Shown here in pieces: positions 28,242 through 37,591 of a DNA stretch of 64,000 nt; position 1 is the stretch's first letter; each line of letters opens with the position of its first letter. A program made the translations under genes and the position numbers. Source of the DNA: a virus; the IMG/VR virus record IMGVR_UViG_3300021478_000022, positions 1-64,000 of that record, one strand, 5' to 3'. The notes under the pieces are model-generated. The model saw only the letters and a program-made list of their open reading frames with translations, was not told the DNA's origin and made no database searches.

Positions 28242-28420
28242 GGCTGTTTCACCCCGCCGGCGTACCGGCTCCACAGGTAGCACACACACCTCGACCTTGC
28301 TCCATCGTCCATCCCGTCCAAGGCGCGGATGATCTGGCCGAGCTGGCGCAGTTCCGGGTCCAGTCGGCGGTTGCCGCCTTCGGGTTCTTCGGTCTCGGGT
28401 TCTTGCACGTCGTTGCTCAT
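28238..28420 (-). CDS. Hypothetical protein
   Basis: ATGA coupling at both ends. Confidence 0.55.
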   Translation of the reverse strand: MSNDVQEPETEEPEGGNRRLDPELRQLGQIIRALDGMDDGARSRCVCYLWSRYAGGVKQP

Positions 28421-28656
28421 TGCTTGACCGCCTCGTAGTGTCTCTCCCTGCCGAACTGCCGACTGCGTGCCAGCCCGAACCGTTCGAGCGCCGCCAGCCG
28501 GTTGAGAACCGCCGTGGGGTTCGCGTTCATCTCTTTGGCCAACGCCGTACCTGTCACTTCACCCCGCTTACGCAGAGCCTTCAAGGTGACGGCGTAAACC
28601 CCAGTCAGTTCAATCTCGCCACGACCGCCGCAGCGAGAGCATTTGATCTTGGCCAT
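28417..28656 (-). CDS. Winged-helix DNA-binding protein with N-terminal CxxC
   Basis: VTGTALAKEM....TAVLNRLAALERFGL. Confidence 0.7.
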   Translation of the reverse strand: MAKIKCSRCGGRGEIELTGVYAVTLKALRKRGEVTGTALAKEMNANPTAVLNRLAALERFGLARSRQFGRERHYEAVKQ

Positions 28657-28660
28657 GCGG

Positions 28661-28690
28661 GTATTATTTCATGTCTCTCACAAAAGTCAA
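28661..28690 (-). promoter_or_regulatory. Sigma70-like promoter, probably leaderless transcript
   Basis: TTGACT-N16-AATAAT, 6 nt before the ATG at 28656; no RBS. Confidence 0.55.
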
Positions 28691-28755
28691 TGAGATAGCC
28701 GAAAAAACATTCCCGGCTTGACCTATGGGGCTACCCTGATTAGTCTTGTGGGTGG

Positions 28756-28812
28756 AAAAAGAAAAACACCGCCGATCTGAGTTCAGCTTCTACTGAACAG
28801 GATCGACGGTGG
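28756..28812 (-). terminator. Long-stem intrinsic terminator
   Basis: CACCGTCGATC..GTTCAG-loop-CTGAAC..GATCGGCGGTG then TTTTTCTTTTT. Confidence 0.7.
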
Positions 28813-29199
28813 AAGAATCAACCACAGGCATTGTACGTAAAGCCACGAGGCAGTGCAATGCTTGCTACAATTCTTCACTTTCTCTTCCCGTAGCTGCAAG
28901 ACGTGGATACCGGCAAAACTCCGGCAGCGTGAAAAACTCGCGCGGAGAGGCCCACGGACTACGTACCTGCTGACAGGCCAAAAGCGTCGCGCCTCCAACC
29001 CGGCCACATGAGACGACAGCGGGGAGGGCGATGTCCTCTACCGATGGCCCCAGCCTCGGCACGGCTGCCTGCGGCACACATTAGGGGATTCTCTGCGCGC
29101 TTCCCCGAAGGGTCCGTGCGAAGCGAAGCGGTAGCACGTTGACCACTAGCGCGCCGCGCGTCAGTAATCAAAAACCGCCCCGAAAGAGAGAAGTGTTTC

Positions 29200-29439
29200 A
29201 TGTCTCGGAAGAAACGCCGCTGTGCCACGATTGACCGAGAAGAACTGCTGGACATGCACCAAGAGGCAATGGTCTATCGCACGCTGGGACTTCCCGAAGC
29301 GAACTCGCTGGTCTGTTCGGTAGGAGCCTGTCTAGGGAATTGGCCGCGTGTCCGGCGAGTGAAGGTAGCGGAGTTGAGGCGTCGAATCGGTGACTTCAGG
29401 CGGCTGTACGAAAAGCATCGGGTTGGGGTCCGGGTCTAG
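29200..29439 (+). CDS. Small basic hypothetical protein
   Basis: Purine-rich leader; one of the few plus-strand ORFs not shadowing a gene. Confidence 0.45.
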   Translation: MSRKKRRCATIDREELLDMHQEAMVYRTLGLPEANSLVCSVGACLGNWPRVRRVKVAELRRRIGDFRRLYEKHRVGVRV

Positions 29440-29544
29440 GGCCTCCTCATCAGAAACCCCAGGTCCCATCCGGACCCCGGCGCCCCTTCCCGCAACAAGC
29501 GGGTGCCAGCGCTGGACACTCGGCAGGGCGCGCTACCCGAAGAC

Positions 29545-30840
29545 TCACTCGACTTCGTGGGCTTCGACCGCAGCCGTCTGCTCTGGCACCACGTCGTCCT
29601 TCCCGACCGGGATATTGACGGGCGCCGTGAACTGCACCTTCCGGCCGGCTGGGACCGCGCGGGTGAAGTTCAGGGTAAACAGCTTGGCAGACGGCGGTGT
29701 GCCACCACCTCCACCAGGGGGTCCGCCACCCGGAGGGGTGCTGCCGCTAACCAGAGCCGATACGAGCGTTCCCAAGGGCCTTCCCAGCCCGGTGCACGGA
29801 TCTGGGCCTACAGTGGCGTTAAAGCCGCTGTTGTTGCCGCTGGTGATGTCCAGGAACGATCCTGTGTTGCTCCAGAGCAGGGGGTTCATCTGGGCTATCA
29901 TCGGCATCCCGATTTTGACTCTGGCCCCGTTGATGACACAGAAGAGCCCAGCGATCAGCGGTGCCACGGCAGAAGTCCCACCGATGGGTTCCCACTGACC
30001 ATTAATCAGCACCATCCACCCCGTCGCTGGGTCAGCATTGGCGGCGAGGTCGGGGTCCATCAGCATGGTTCCCTGACTGTTCGGAAGCTGGTAGCTTGGT
30101 CGCGGGTAGAACTTGGAGAATCCCCCGCCCGTACCTTCACCGGGACCGTCGTTCCATACCGTCTCAGGACCTCCCAGCGGCTTGGAGGTGCCACCGCAGC
30201 CGGTGATGTAGGGGCTGCACGACGGGAAGTCGGTCGTTGGGCTGCCCTCGCCATCGTTGGCCAGGTTGTCGCCGGAAGCAGCCGTGATGGGGAACGGGCA
30301 AGACTGGGCCGAGCTGTCGACGGCAGTGCGGTCGCTGGCGTTCCACTGGTCCTCCGGGCTGCCCCAACTCCACGAGAAGGCGCCGACCTTGAGACCGAGT
30401 GTCTGCGAGGCATAGTCTTGGCAGTCCGCGAACGCTTGCCCGCTGTTGGGACCATAGACGATGAGAATGTTGGCTGGCGTCCCGGTCATGTAGGACCAGA
30501 CCGCTGCCGCCAACTGCCAATCGAGGGCCACCTCGCCATCAGCATCAGACGAAGAATCGTCGGCACCGGGCAACAGATGGGTCTTGACGGTCGGTGCCGC
30601 GAACCCCGTCTTGGCGGACCACTCAGCAAGGTCGGCTGGGTAGAACTTGCCGCCCAGTTCCCCGATCACGATGGTCAATGGCGTGACTGCCGTCCCGGTA
30701 GGCCAGTTGTATGCCTTGAGCAGATCGGCGGGGTAGTAGGGCTGCGAGGCGGCATGCGGTCGCCTGATCTGGGTATTGGCGAACCGGCGGATATGGGACT
30801 TGGCGAATGGCGTGCTCAATTCAGGCTCCTTGTTAGGCAA
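29545..30840 (-). CDS. Sedolisin/kumamolisin-family (S53) serine-carboxyl protease
   Basis: DGEVALD (Glu, Asp), SWSWG, AASGD (oxyanion), PDLAANADP, GGTSAVAP (Ser), DPCTGLG. Confidence 0.92.
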   Translation of the reverse strand: MPNKEPELSTPFAKSHIRRFANTQIRRPHAASQPYYPADLLKAYNWPTGTAVTPLTIVIGELGGKFYPADLAEWSAKTGFAAPTVKTHLLPGADDSSSDADGEVALDWQLAAAVWSYMTGTPANILIVYGPNSGQAFADCQDYASQTLGLKVGAFSWSWGSPEDQWNASDRTAVDSSAQSCPFPITAASGDNLANDGEGSPTTDFPSCSPYITGCGGTSKPLGGPETVWNDGPGEGTGGGFSKFYPRPSYQLPNSQGTMLMDPDLAANADPATGWMVLINGQWEPIGGTSAVAPLIAGLFCVINGARVKIGMPMIAQMNPLLWSNTGSFLDITSGNNSGFNATVGPDPCTGLGRPLGTLVSALVSGSTPPGGGPPGGGGGTPPSAKLFTLNFTRAVPAGRKVQFTAPVNIPVGKDDVVPEQTAAVEAHEVE

Positions 30841-31021
30841 ACACCTTCATAATGTCGGCGAAGATTGTGGCCCCTTCCGAAAGATCCTTGCTGCGCAAAG
30901 CTGTCACAGCAAGAGACACCGCTTGGAGTTTCAGTTCAGCATAGACAACGGACGACGTGTCTTGATGTTTCATTTGCTGCTGGATAATTCCCATCTGCTT
31001 GGCAAATTCTACTGGGTCCAC
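30833..31021 (-). CDS. Hypothetical protein
   Basis: GGAG RBS; coupled ORF. Confidence 0.5.
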   Translation of the reverse strand: MDPVEFAKQMGIIQQQMKHQDTSSVVYAELKLQAVSLAVTALRSKDLSEGATIFADIMKVFA

Positions 31022-31024
31022 GTC

Positions 31025-31255
31025 TCAGTCTCCTTCAGGAGTTATCAGCTCCTTGGTGTAGGTTTTTTCTATTGCTGCCTTATACTCACCGGCAGTAATT
31101 ACACCTTTTTCTATGAGCAGCGACACCAGAGCATCAAACCTGATATTAGCGTAGTCTGGGGCTCCATCATCGAGAGAGGGCATTGGATCAGTCTCCCTAT
31201 CGGTCGTACCTCGTGAACGGTTCGGTGACGAGCCCCCACAGAATAGCGGGGACAA
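31025..31255 (-). CDS. Hypothetical protein
   Basis: ALVSLLIEKGVITAGEY motif; start uncertain. Confidence 0.5.
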   Translation of the reverse strand: MSPLFCGGSSPNRSRGTTDRETDPMPSLDDGAPDYANIRFDALVSLLIEKGVITAGEYKAAIEKTYTKELITPEGD

Positions 31256-31297
31256 TGATCCACGGGCTCGATTCGATCAGCTCCCACATCGCGCGGA

Positions 31298-31480
31298 TCA
31301 TGCGTCGCTCTCTTGAACTTCAATCGTGACGCGGACAACCTGTCCTACCTTCAACTGACACCCTGCAATGTGCTCGCCGGAAAGGTTCAACTGCTCGCCC
31401 TTGAACTTGGGTGCGGTGCCAACTTGGCAAAGCTGCACCTCGTCACCGGCAGCGTAGATTACCTCATAATCGCGCGTCAC
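31298..31480 (-). CDS. Hypothetical protein
   Basis: GAGG RBS after terminator. Confidence 0.45.
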   Translation of the reverse strand: MTRDYEVIYAAGDEVQLCQVGTAPKFKGEQLNLSGEHIAGCQLKVGQVVRVTIEVQESDA

Positions 31481-31490
31481 GGTTCACCTC

Positions 31491-31531
31491 AAAAAGCCGG
31501 CCGGGGCCTTACCATCCGTATCCCGGCCGGC
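31491..31531 (-). terminator. Intrinsic terminator
   Basis: GCCGGCCGGG-loop-CCCGGCCGGC then TTTTT. Confidence 0.7.
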
Positions 31532-31550
31532 ATCCTCGACAACGTGTCGA

Positions 31551-31775
31551 TTACGAGCCTGTACCGCCCACACCGGGCAGAGTCGGGCTAGTGCCACCAC
31601 CGCCAAAGATGCCGCCAAGGCCACCGAGGACTGGACCCAGGAGACCGATCAATGTCTGGATCAGCGCCAGCCACTGCGCCAGCGTCAGGTTGGGATTGGC
31701 CGCTGCGGTATCCATTGCATCAACGTGGGCCTTGAGGGCACTTACGGCGTTCTTTGTTGCTGCATGAGCGTTCAT
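31551..31775 (-). CDS. Small amphipathic/membrane protein
   Basis: LAQWLALIQTLIGLLGPVLGGLGGIFGG. Confidence 0.55.
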   Translation of the reverse strand: MNAHAATKNAVSALKAHVDAMDTAAANPNLTLAQWLALIQTLIGLLGPVLGGLGGIFGGGGTSPTLPGVGGTGS

Positions 31776-31854
31776 AGTCTGCCTTTCAAAGTGGAAGAGG
31801 AGGAGCCGGTCCCAGATTCTCGCAAAGGTGGGAGACCGGCTCCCGTGGGAAGGG

Positions 31855-32235
31855 TTAGAACCGACGAACTGTGTGGATAAATCCACCACGCGGACCGACA
31901 ATCAGCGATTCACGAGAGAATCGCTGACCTCCGACAAAGAACGGGCTGACGCCGTAACCACCAAAGCCACCGTAAACGCCGAAGGGGCTGAACCGGCTGC
32001 GGAACGCCGAACCGAAGTAGCCGCCATATCCCGCGCGGAAGGCGAAGTTGGCCCCGACCCCGCATCCGGTGTATCCCGTAGCGAAGTAGGTCGGCGGTGT
32101 CACGTCCACCACGACCGGCGGCGCGGTCTGCACCTGCTGCTGGGTGGTCGTGGTCTGGGAGAAGAACGAACTGGTTTGCGCGTCGGCGATGCCGGGCAGG
32201 CACGCCAGGAGGGCAATAGCGAGTAGCTTACGCAT
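31855..32235 (-). CDS. Secreted Gly/Phe/Tyr-rich protein
   Basis: Signal peptide MRKLLAIALLACLPGIADA; low-complexity aromatic-Gly body. Confidence 0.65.
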   Translation of the reverse strand: MRKLLAIALLACLPGIADAQTSSFFSQTTTTQQQVQTAPPVVVDVTPPTYFATGYTGCGVGANFAFRAGYGGYFGSAFRSRFSPFGVYGGFGGYGVSPFFVGGQRFSRESLIVGPRGGFIHTVRRF

Positions 32236-32419
32236 GTGAAGTCTCCTTAACAAATTGTTCGACGAACCACTGTCGCTTTATGTTCAAACTCTCGTGTCCG
32301 GTATCGTCGACAAACTGCATCAGGCCCCCCGACATGGTCGCGGTTACTGTAACCAGGCGACCGGTTTTGCGGTGGCGCCAGACTTGGTCAATACCGAGTA
32401 GCAACGGTTGCTCGTTCAT
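32228..32419 (-). CDS. Hypothetical protein
   Basis: Coupled ORF. Confidence 0.45.
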   Translation of the reverse strand: MNEQPLLLGIDQVWRHRKTGRLVTVTATMSGGLMQFVDDTGHESLNIKRQWFVEQFVKETSHA

Positions 32420-32437
32420 TTCTTCACCCGTAGGTTG

Positions 32438-32758
32438 TCACTTCTTCTTCGCCGGCGTCGCTGGCGGCGTCAGGGTAGCCGTCACCTCGGCTTGCGTGTC
32501 GGTGATGGTTTTGTCGAGCGCGTCGATCTGCGCCTGAGTCACCTGTCCGGTTTGCAGGGCCGCGACCTGAGCCTGAAGCGCGGTGAAGCCGGCAATAAGT
32601 TGCTCGACCGCCGTCTTGAGGGTCGCCTCGTCCGCCGTGATCTTGCTGATGTCAACCGCCATTGCTTTCTCCTGTGTTGAGAGTTGCCGGACGGTCGCCT
32701 CCAGTTCGTGGACGCGCCGTTCGATGTTTTCCATCCAGAATGGGTCACTGATGGGCAT
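32438..32758 (-). CDS. Coiled-coil protein
   Basis: Heptad Ala/Thr/Gln-rich sequence; possible second start at 32662. Confidence 0.6.
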   Translation of the reverse strand: MPISDPFWMENIERRVHELEATVRQLSTQEKAMAVDISKITADEATLKTAVEQLIAGFTALQAQVAALQTGQVTQAQIDALDKTITDTQAEVTATLTPPATPAKKK

Positions 32759-32761
32759 GGG

Positions 32762-33850
32762 TCACTTCGTTTCCACTGCCGGTGCTCTGAGTGATTCCGC
32801 AGGGACCGAGACGATTTGCCACAGGGACAAATTCTGTGGGCTCATCGGCGTGCCCGGTACACCCTTCACGTCGTTGGCGTCCACCTTGCCATCAGCTGTC
32901 AGGCGCTGCTTGCGCGGCATACGGAAGTTGTCAGCCGCACTTGGATCAATTCGCGGATATACGCGGCGTTCTCGCTCCGCTTGGCTCATAGCCGGGTAAT
33001 CGTCCAAGTCGAATCCGCCAGCCACGGTAGCCCCTGCCGGTAAAGCTGCCCGCAGATGACATGCCGTGCATCCATCCGCTCGCGCCGCCGCCACCCACGC
33101 CTTGAGGATATCCTGCTTCGTTGCTGTGGTCGCGCCGCTAGTGTTGATCTGCGGGTACTGGCCGATAGAGCCACTGTAGGTGATTCCCGTAGTCGTGACT
33201 ACACCGGGGTTGTTGAGCGCGTTCAGGAACGCCACCGCCGCCTGTCCCTTGGCCTGAATCTTTGCCACCTCCACCGCACCCGATGTGGCGAGGGTGATGT
33301 TGCTGCTGAACAGGCTGTGGCGCTTGCTGGCGAAGTTATCCGCCCGCTCCACCGACTGCGCCTCCAGCAGCCCCAGCTCGCGGAGGTTGAAGGCATCCCC
33401 GAAGATGCTCGCTTGAGCGTTCACCGTGGAGGCCGACACCGGGGTCACGGTGCGGTAGTAGTTGGCGCTGTAGGGACCGTAGGGGCCGACCTGCCCCATC
33501 GGTGAGTACGCGAATAGTTCTTCCTTGGTCAGCGTCAGACCCGCCGCCCTCAGGAGAGTGGCCTTGCCCTCGTAAGTCGCTTTGATCTTGAGAGCGGCCC
33601 CGATGTTGTCCTCAAGGCTTGGTGCAGCCGGCGCTACGTATGCCGTCGGTGCGTAATAGGGAACGTAATCGTAGTAGCCCGGATAGTAAATCCCACACGA
33701 CCAGTACCCGGCATGGTACGACCCCAGCGTGTACGGCTGAGCGTTGTAGGCATACGAGTTATAGTAGTAGCCGTCGCTGTGACGGTACCAAGCCGACGCT
33801 GCGGTTGCGAACGCCAGCACGAGCACGATTGCCGCAAAGAGTCGGGTCAT
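32762..33850 (-). CDS. Secreted protein with Tyr-rich N-terminus and C-terminal cytochrome-c-like domain
   Basis: Signal peptide ending ASA; CTACH, GGFDL and RMP, as in planctomycete-type cytochrome c domains. Confidence 0.7.
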   Translation of the reverse strand: MTRLFAAIVLVLAFATAASAWYRHSDGYYYNSYAYNAQPYTLGSYHAGYWSCGIYYPGYYDYVPYYAPTAYVAPAAPSLEDNIGAALKIKATYEGKATLLRAAGLTLTKEELFAYSPMGQVGPYGPYSANYYRTVTPVSASTVNAQASIFGDAFNLRELGLLEAQSVERADNFASKRHSLFSSNITLATSGAVEVAKIQAKGQAAVAFLNALNNPGVVTTTGITYSGSIGQYPQINTSGATTATKQDILKAWVAAARADGCTACHLRAALPAGATVAGGFDLDDYPAMSQAERERRVYPRIDPSAADNFRMPRKQRLTADGKVDANDVKGVPGTPMSPQNLSLWQIVSVPAESLRAPAVETK

Positions 33851-33864
33851 TGAGCAGTCTCCCT

Positions 33865-34191
33865 TCATTTGTCTGCGTGCATTGTTACTTTACCGTCGTC
33901 GATGTTGAAATGGCTCCTGCAACCGCCAGTGCACTTCACAGACGGACTAAGCGTCGGCCCGTTTGGACCCTTGGAGTAGTTCCACAAGTGACGCTCCGGC
34001 GAACGCTTCCTAGTCTCCGTCTCAAAGTACGTCGGGTGTGGTGATCCACAGCCGCATGGGCACAGGTACTCGCACATCTCTGGAATGCCGTTCACAAATA
34101 GAACGTGCATAACCCCCGGCTCCAAGTGCGGAGGTTGCCAGCAGCCTTCTGCATCAGCGTCGAATCGGACTTCTCTGTACGTGTCGATCAT
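33865..34191 (-). CDS. DUF6527-like protein
   Basis: CPCGCG..W..GPTLSPSV..GCRSHF.I.DG.V. Confidence 0.75.
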   Translation of the reverse strand: MIDTYREVRFDADAEGCWQPPHLEPGVMHVLFVNGIPEMCEYLCPCGCGSPHPTYFETETRKRSPERHLWNYSKGPNGPTLSPSVKCTGGCRSHFNIDDGKVTMHADK

Positions 34192-36143
34192 CCGGCCTTC
34201 CTCTTGAGTGCCGCGAACCTTGTAGCCATGAACGAGTACCACAAATCATAGTCCGATCTCACCAGCGCCTTCCCCGACAACAGCAGACCGCCCCGAGCGT
34301 CCTCAATCCGCAGCGTCGGGTCGCCCTGCCTGAGCGGATACACCCAGATGGTCCCCGCCTGGACCGCGTGTTCGTCGAGCGCCAGCACCTCTCCCAGCTT
34401 CTTCCCCGCCGCCTTGGGGTCTTTGCCCTGCCACGCCACTCCGAGGTCGTGCAGGGCATCCACGGCGGTCAGGGTCGTGTAGAACTCCGACGCGAAGATA
34501 CCGGACACCTCACCCGACGCCAGCCGCACGATGTCGGTCTGGTCCTTCGAGCCCGGCCAAGGTCCGGTAGCCCGCAGGATGGCCCTGGCGTAGTCCTCGC
34601 GGGCACGGGGCAGGGCGGTGACTTCGGGGTCGCCCGCGTACAGTCCGACGATGCGGGTGATGGCCTCCTGCCGATTGTACTCCCGTCCGTGGTACTTTAC
34701 CGTATTTTTCCGAGCGCCGATGTCGTCGATGATGTCTAGTTGCTTGCGGAGGTCGGTGACGTCGTTGTGGACGATGCGCCATCCGGCTTCGTTGGCGTGA
34801 CACCGAATACACCCAATGGCAGGTTCGAGCACGGTTCCAAACGGGGACGGAATCGTAGTGTCTACAGCGACGTCGTCGGTCGCCTGATCGAGAAGTGCAC
34901 CGTCACCGTTCCAGAGAGCGAATTCGTTAAGCCCGTTAGTAAGTTCACGGATTGACTCCTTCGCGTCGAACCTGACCACGCTGGCCGGGTCGAGATTCAT
35001 CAGGGGGTGCGTGTCGATGTCGATGCTGTCCCGCTTGAGGTCTTGGGTGATGCTGAGGAAGCTGGTGTTGGTGTTGATGTGTCCTGAGAGAGTGCGGAGG
35101 AAATCAACACGCCGAGGACGACCAGTAATAGCAGACTGAGACAGAGCCACCCTAGCGTCAGACTGCTGTTGGTTAAACACATCTCTCGCACGCACTCCGC
35201 GATCAGCGTCACCAACACCAAGCAGTGAAAAATAGTTGTCTTCATCGGTTCCTTTCTTGAATCCCTTGCGGATGCCCCGGAACCTGTAGTACAGGCCCCC
35301 GTAGATGGTCCGGTACGCACCCTTGTCTTGCACCTGCCTGAGCGCACGGCCGACAAAGTAGGGCAACGACACCACCGGGGCTTGCGATTGTGTTCCGTCC
35401 ACCAGCGACTCGACCAGCCGGAAGTCCAAGTGCGGCGACACCTGACGAATGACGTCGGTATCGTCGAGGGCGTCGACTTCGACGGTCTCCTTGACTTCCT
35501 TCTTTTCCCATCGGCTGTAGTACGTCTTGCCATCGGTGTGGACCCATCCGTTTGGTACGGGAACCTTCACGTCCTCGAACCTTGACCGCGTGACCTTCTT
35601 CTTGGGGATCTGGATGCCCACGGCAAACTCGATTGTACCCTTGGTGAGCAGCAAGGAAAAGCGCGGGTCGTATTGTAACTCCTCCCACGTCTGCACCAGC
35701 TCCTCGAGATGTTGCTCGGTGTCGGCGAGCTGCTGGAGGTCCACCCGCAGGACCATCAGCGGTCCCTTGCCAAGCGGGACGGGTCGGTAGATGATCGGGG
35801 CTCGGCTGATGAGGTTCAGGGTGTAGGATGCGGCGCGGGCGTGGTTGACGGACCCTGACGGTATCCACAGGTAGCGGGTGTAGTAGGCGTCGTCGGGGGG
35901 AAGGGTGAGGAGATCGGCCGCAGAGAGGCGAAGGGCGTCATTCTCAGTTGCCTGAGCCGCTGCTTCTTGGGGAAGTGGCGGTTGCCGCCCTCCGCCCTCT
36001 CTGGGGCCTACGGGTTGGGCAGACAGCGGAGCCGGCTCCTGCTCGTACCCGAAGAAAGGCAGCGCCATCATGGGCATCAACAGTGCGATGCCGATGAGAT
36101 TGCGCAAGCCCACGAAACCACGACGCATTTGCCACTCCCCCAA
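34188..36143 (-). CDS. Large exported protein with CxxCH heme-c motif
   Basis: N-terminal hydrophobic anchor; IGCIRCH motif. Confidence 0.65.
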   Translation of the reverse strand: MGEWQMRRGFVGLRNLIGIALLMPMMALPFFGYEQEPAPLSAQPVGPREGGGRQPPLPQEAAAQATENDALRLSAADLLTLPPDDAYYTRYLWIPSGSVNHARAASYTLNLISRAPIIYRPVPLGKGPLMVLRVDLQQLADTEQHLEELVQTWEELQYDPRFSLLLTKGTIEFAVGIQIPKKKVTRSRFEDVKVPVPNGWVHTDGKTYYSRWEKKEVKETVEVDALDDTDVIRQVSPHLDFRLVESLVDGTQSQAPVVSLPYFVGRALRQVQDKGAYRTIYGGLYYRFRGIRKGFKKGTDEDNYFSLLGVGDADRGVRARDVFNQQQSDARVALSQSAITGRPRRVDFLRTLSGHINTNTSFLSITQDLKRDSIDIDTHPLMNLDPASVVRFDAKESIRELTNGLNEFALWNGDGALLDQATDDVAVDTTIPSPFGTVLEPAIGCIRCHANEAGWRIVHNDVTDLRKQLDIIDDIGARKNTVKYHGREYNRQEAITRIVGLYAGDPEVTALPRAREDYARAILRATGPWPGSKDQTDIVRLASGEVSGIFASEFYTTLTAVDALHDLGVAWQGKDPKAAGKKLGEVLALDEHAVQAGTIWVYPLRQGDPTLRIEDARGGLLLSGKALVRSDYDLWYSFMATRFAALKRKAG

Positions 36144-36190
36144 GAATCAGGGGGAGCGTACCACGAAATGGGGGCGAATGGAAGAGATTG

Positions 36191-36343
36191 CTACTTGGGC
36201 GGCAGACTGCGGCCCAGAGCGTTTGCCATCATGCCCACGATCAATTCGATGAGACCCCAGCCGATGCGGAGGCCCATGCCTGCGAAAATCCAGCAGACGA
36301 AGCAGATGAACAGACTTTCCAGCGATAGCGAAGTTGGAATCAT
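36191..36343 (-). CDS. Small membrane protein (holin-like)
   Basis: Translated by hand: SLFICFVCWIFAGMGLRIGWGLIELIVGMM. Confidence 0.5.
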   Translation of the reverse strand: MIPTSLSLESLFICFVCWIFAGMGLRIGWGLIELIVGMMANALGRSLPPK

Positions 36344-36346
36344 GGG

Positions 36347-36862
36347 TCACCCCTTCTTGGTCGTGGTCGTAGTCGTGGTCGTCACACCACCACCGGCGTC
36401 TATTTCCGCCTGCTTGGCCTTGTGCTCGGCCAGTAGCTTCTCGGCCTTCTCGGCAGCCGCTTCGGCAGCGCCGGAGTCCATCCCCATCTTCTTTTTCAGG
36501 TCGGCGACCTCTCTCAGCGCCACCGCTTCCGCCCCAAGGTGAATCTCAAGCCCGGAGTTCACCAGCTTGTGGATGACGTCCAGCTTGGCATCGGCCCTAT
36601 CGGTAGTCTCCTCCAACTGGACCTTGACCATCTTCACTGCCCGAGCGGCTTCGTCGATGTCCTTCTTGGCCTGTGCCTCCGCCGCTGCCCGTTCGTCGGC
36701 AATCCTGTCAGCCCGCCTGCCGTTTTTCCAGCTGATGTAGGACGCAGCCAGTCCAGGGGAGGCGATGATGAGCGCCACCAGGATATTCGTGGTGGGAACC
36801 CCTGCCTGCTCGGGTTCGCCGAGTAGCAGCAGCAATGCGGGTAACAGGATAAACCACTTCAT
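36347..36862 (-). CDS. Membrane-anchored coiled-coil protein (lysis-module-like)
   Basis: Two N-terminal hydrophobic segments; KLDVIHKLVNSG. Confidence 0.6.
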   Translation of the reverse strand: MKWFILLPALLLLLGEPEQAGVPTTNILVALIIASPGLAASYISWKNGRRADRIADERAAAEAQAKKDIDEAARAVKMVKVQLEETTDRADAKLDVIHKLVNSGLEIHLGAEAVALREVADLKKKMGMDSGAAEAAAEKAEKLLAEHKAKQAEIDAGGGVTTTTTTTTKKG

Positions 36863-36882
36863 GACTCACGGTCCCACCTCGG

Positions 36883-37155
36883 TTACTGATTTCCACCACC
36901 TGCCTGCTGATAGCCCTGCCGTGCGTTCAGGAGGGCCTGCCACGCCGTCGTCAGGGCGGAATTGGCATTTGATGCGGCAAGCACGGCGTTCGCCAGGGCG
37001 GTGGCATTGGTATCGGTCGGGTTGGCCGCGTAGGTCATGAGCGCCAGTGCCTCGGCGTTGTTCGCTGCCGTGGCGACACCCAAGGCCAGCCCGTAGTTGA
37101 TGATGGCCTCGACGTAGGCGTCGTGAGCGCTCTGCTGGTCCTGCGGCTTTTTCAT
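36883..37155 (-). CDS. Ala-rich helical protein
   Basis: Coupled ORF. Confidence 0.55.
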   Translation of the reverse strand: MKKPQDQQSAHDAYVEAIINYGLALGVATAANNAEALALMTYAANPTDTNATALANAVLAASNANSALTTAWQALLNARQGYQQAGGGNQ

Positions 37156-37400
37156 TCATCACCCTTGAGTTGGCGCTTGATCCTGCCGATCTCGACCGCG
37201 ATGTCGGCGAGGTCCCGCATTTCCTTGGCACGCATCGCCTCGACCGCCTGTCCCCGCTTGGCGTCCTGCTCGCGGGCCTGCATCAGTCTATCAGTAGAAT
37301 CCTGAATGGTGGGAATGGCAACGAAAAAGATGAGGCAGGCGGCAGTCACCTGAATCCCGGTGAGTGCCGCATCGACGATCAGCTTCCACCAGTCGCTCAT
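37152..37400 (-). CDS. Single-TM protein
   Basis: Hydrophobic N-terminus plus coiled coil; ATGA overlaps. Confidence 0.6.
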   Translation of the reverse strand: MSDWWKLIVDAALTGIQVTAACLIFFVAIPTIQDSTDRLMQAREQDAKRGQAVEAMRAKEMRDLADIAVEIGRIKRQLKGDE

Positions 37401-37591
37401 GGGTGGGCCGGGATAGGGGGAGGAGCCTTGGTCGTCTCCTTGACCTCGCTGCTGGGGGGTTTGGGCTGAGGGGTTGGCTCGGCGGCTGCCTCGGCCTTGC
37501 GCAGTCGGCGGCGCAGATACCAGCCAAAGGTCACGACCAGGCCGATGGTGGCCAGCATCCCGGCGATCAGTATGGCCCAGGTGAACATCAC
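37397..37591 (-). CDS. Single-TM protein
   Basis: TM helix followed by RRRLRK and Pro-rich tail. Confidence 0.6.
   Translation of the reverse strand: MMFTWAILIAGMLATIGLVVTFGWYLRRRLRKAEAAAEPTPQPKPPSSEVKETTKAPPPIPAHP

Noticed and set aside
31801-31870. Hairpin and GGTTC-like sequence as tRNA
   Set aside because: No cloverleaf or proper T-loop; only a simple stem-loop between genes
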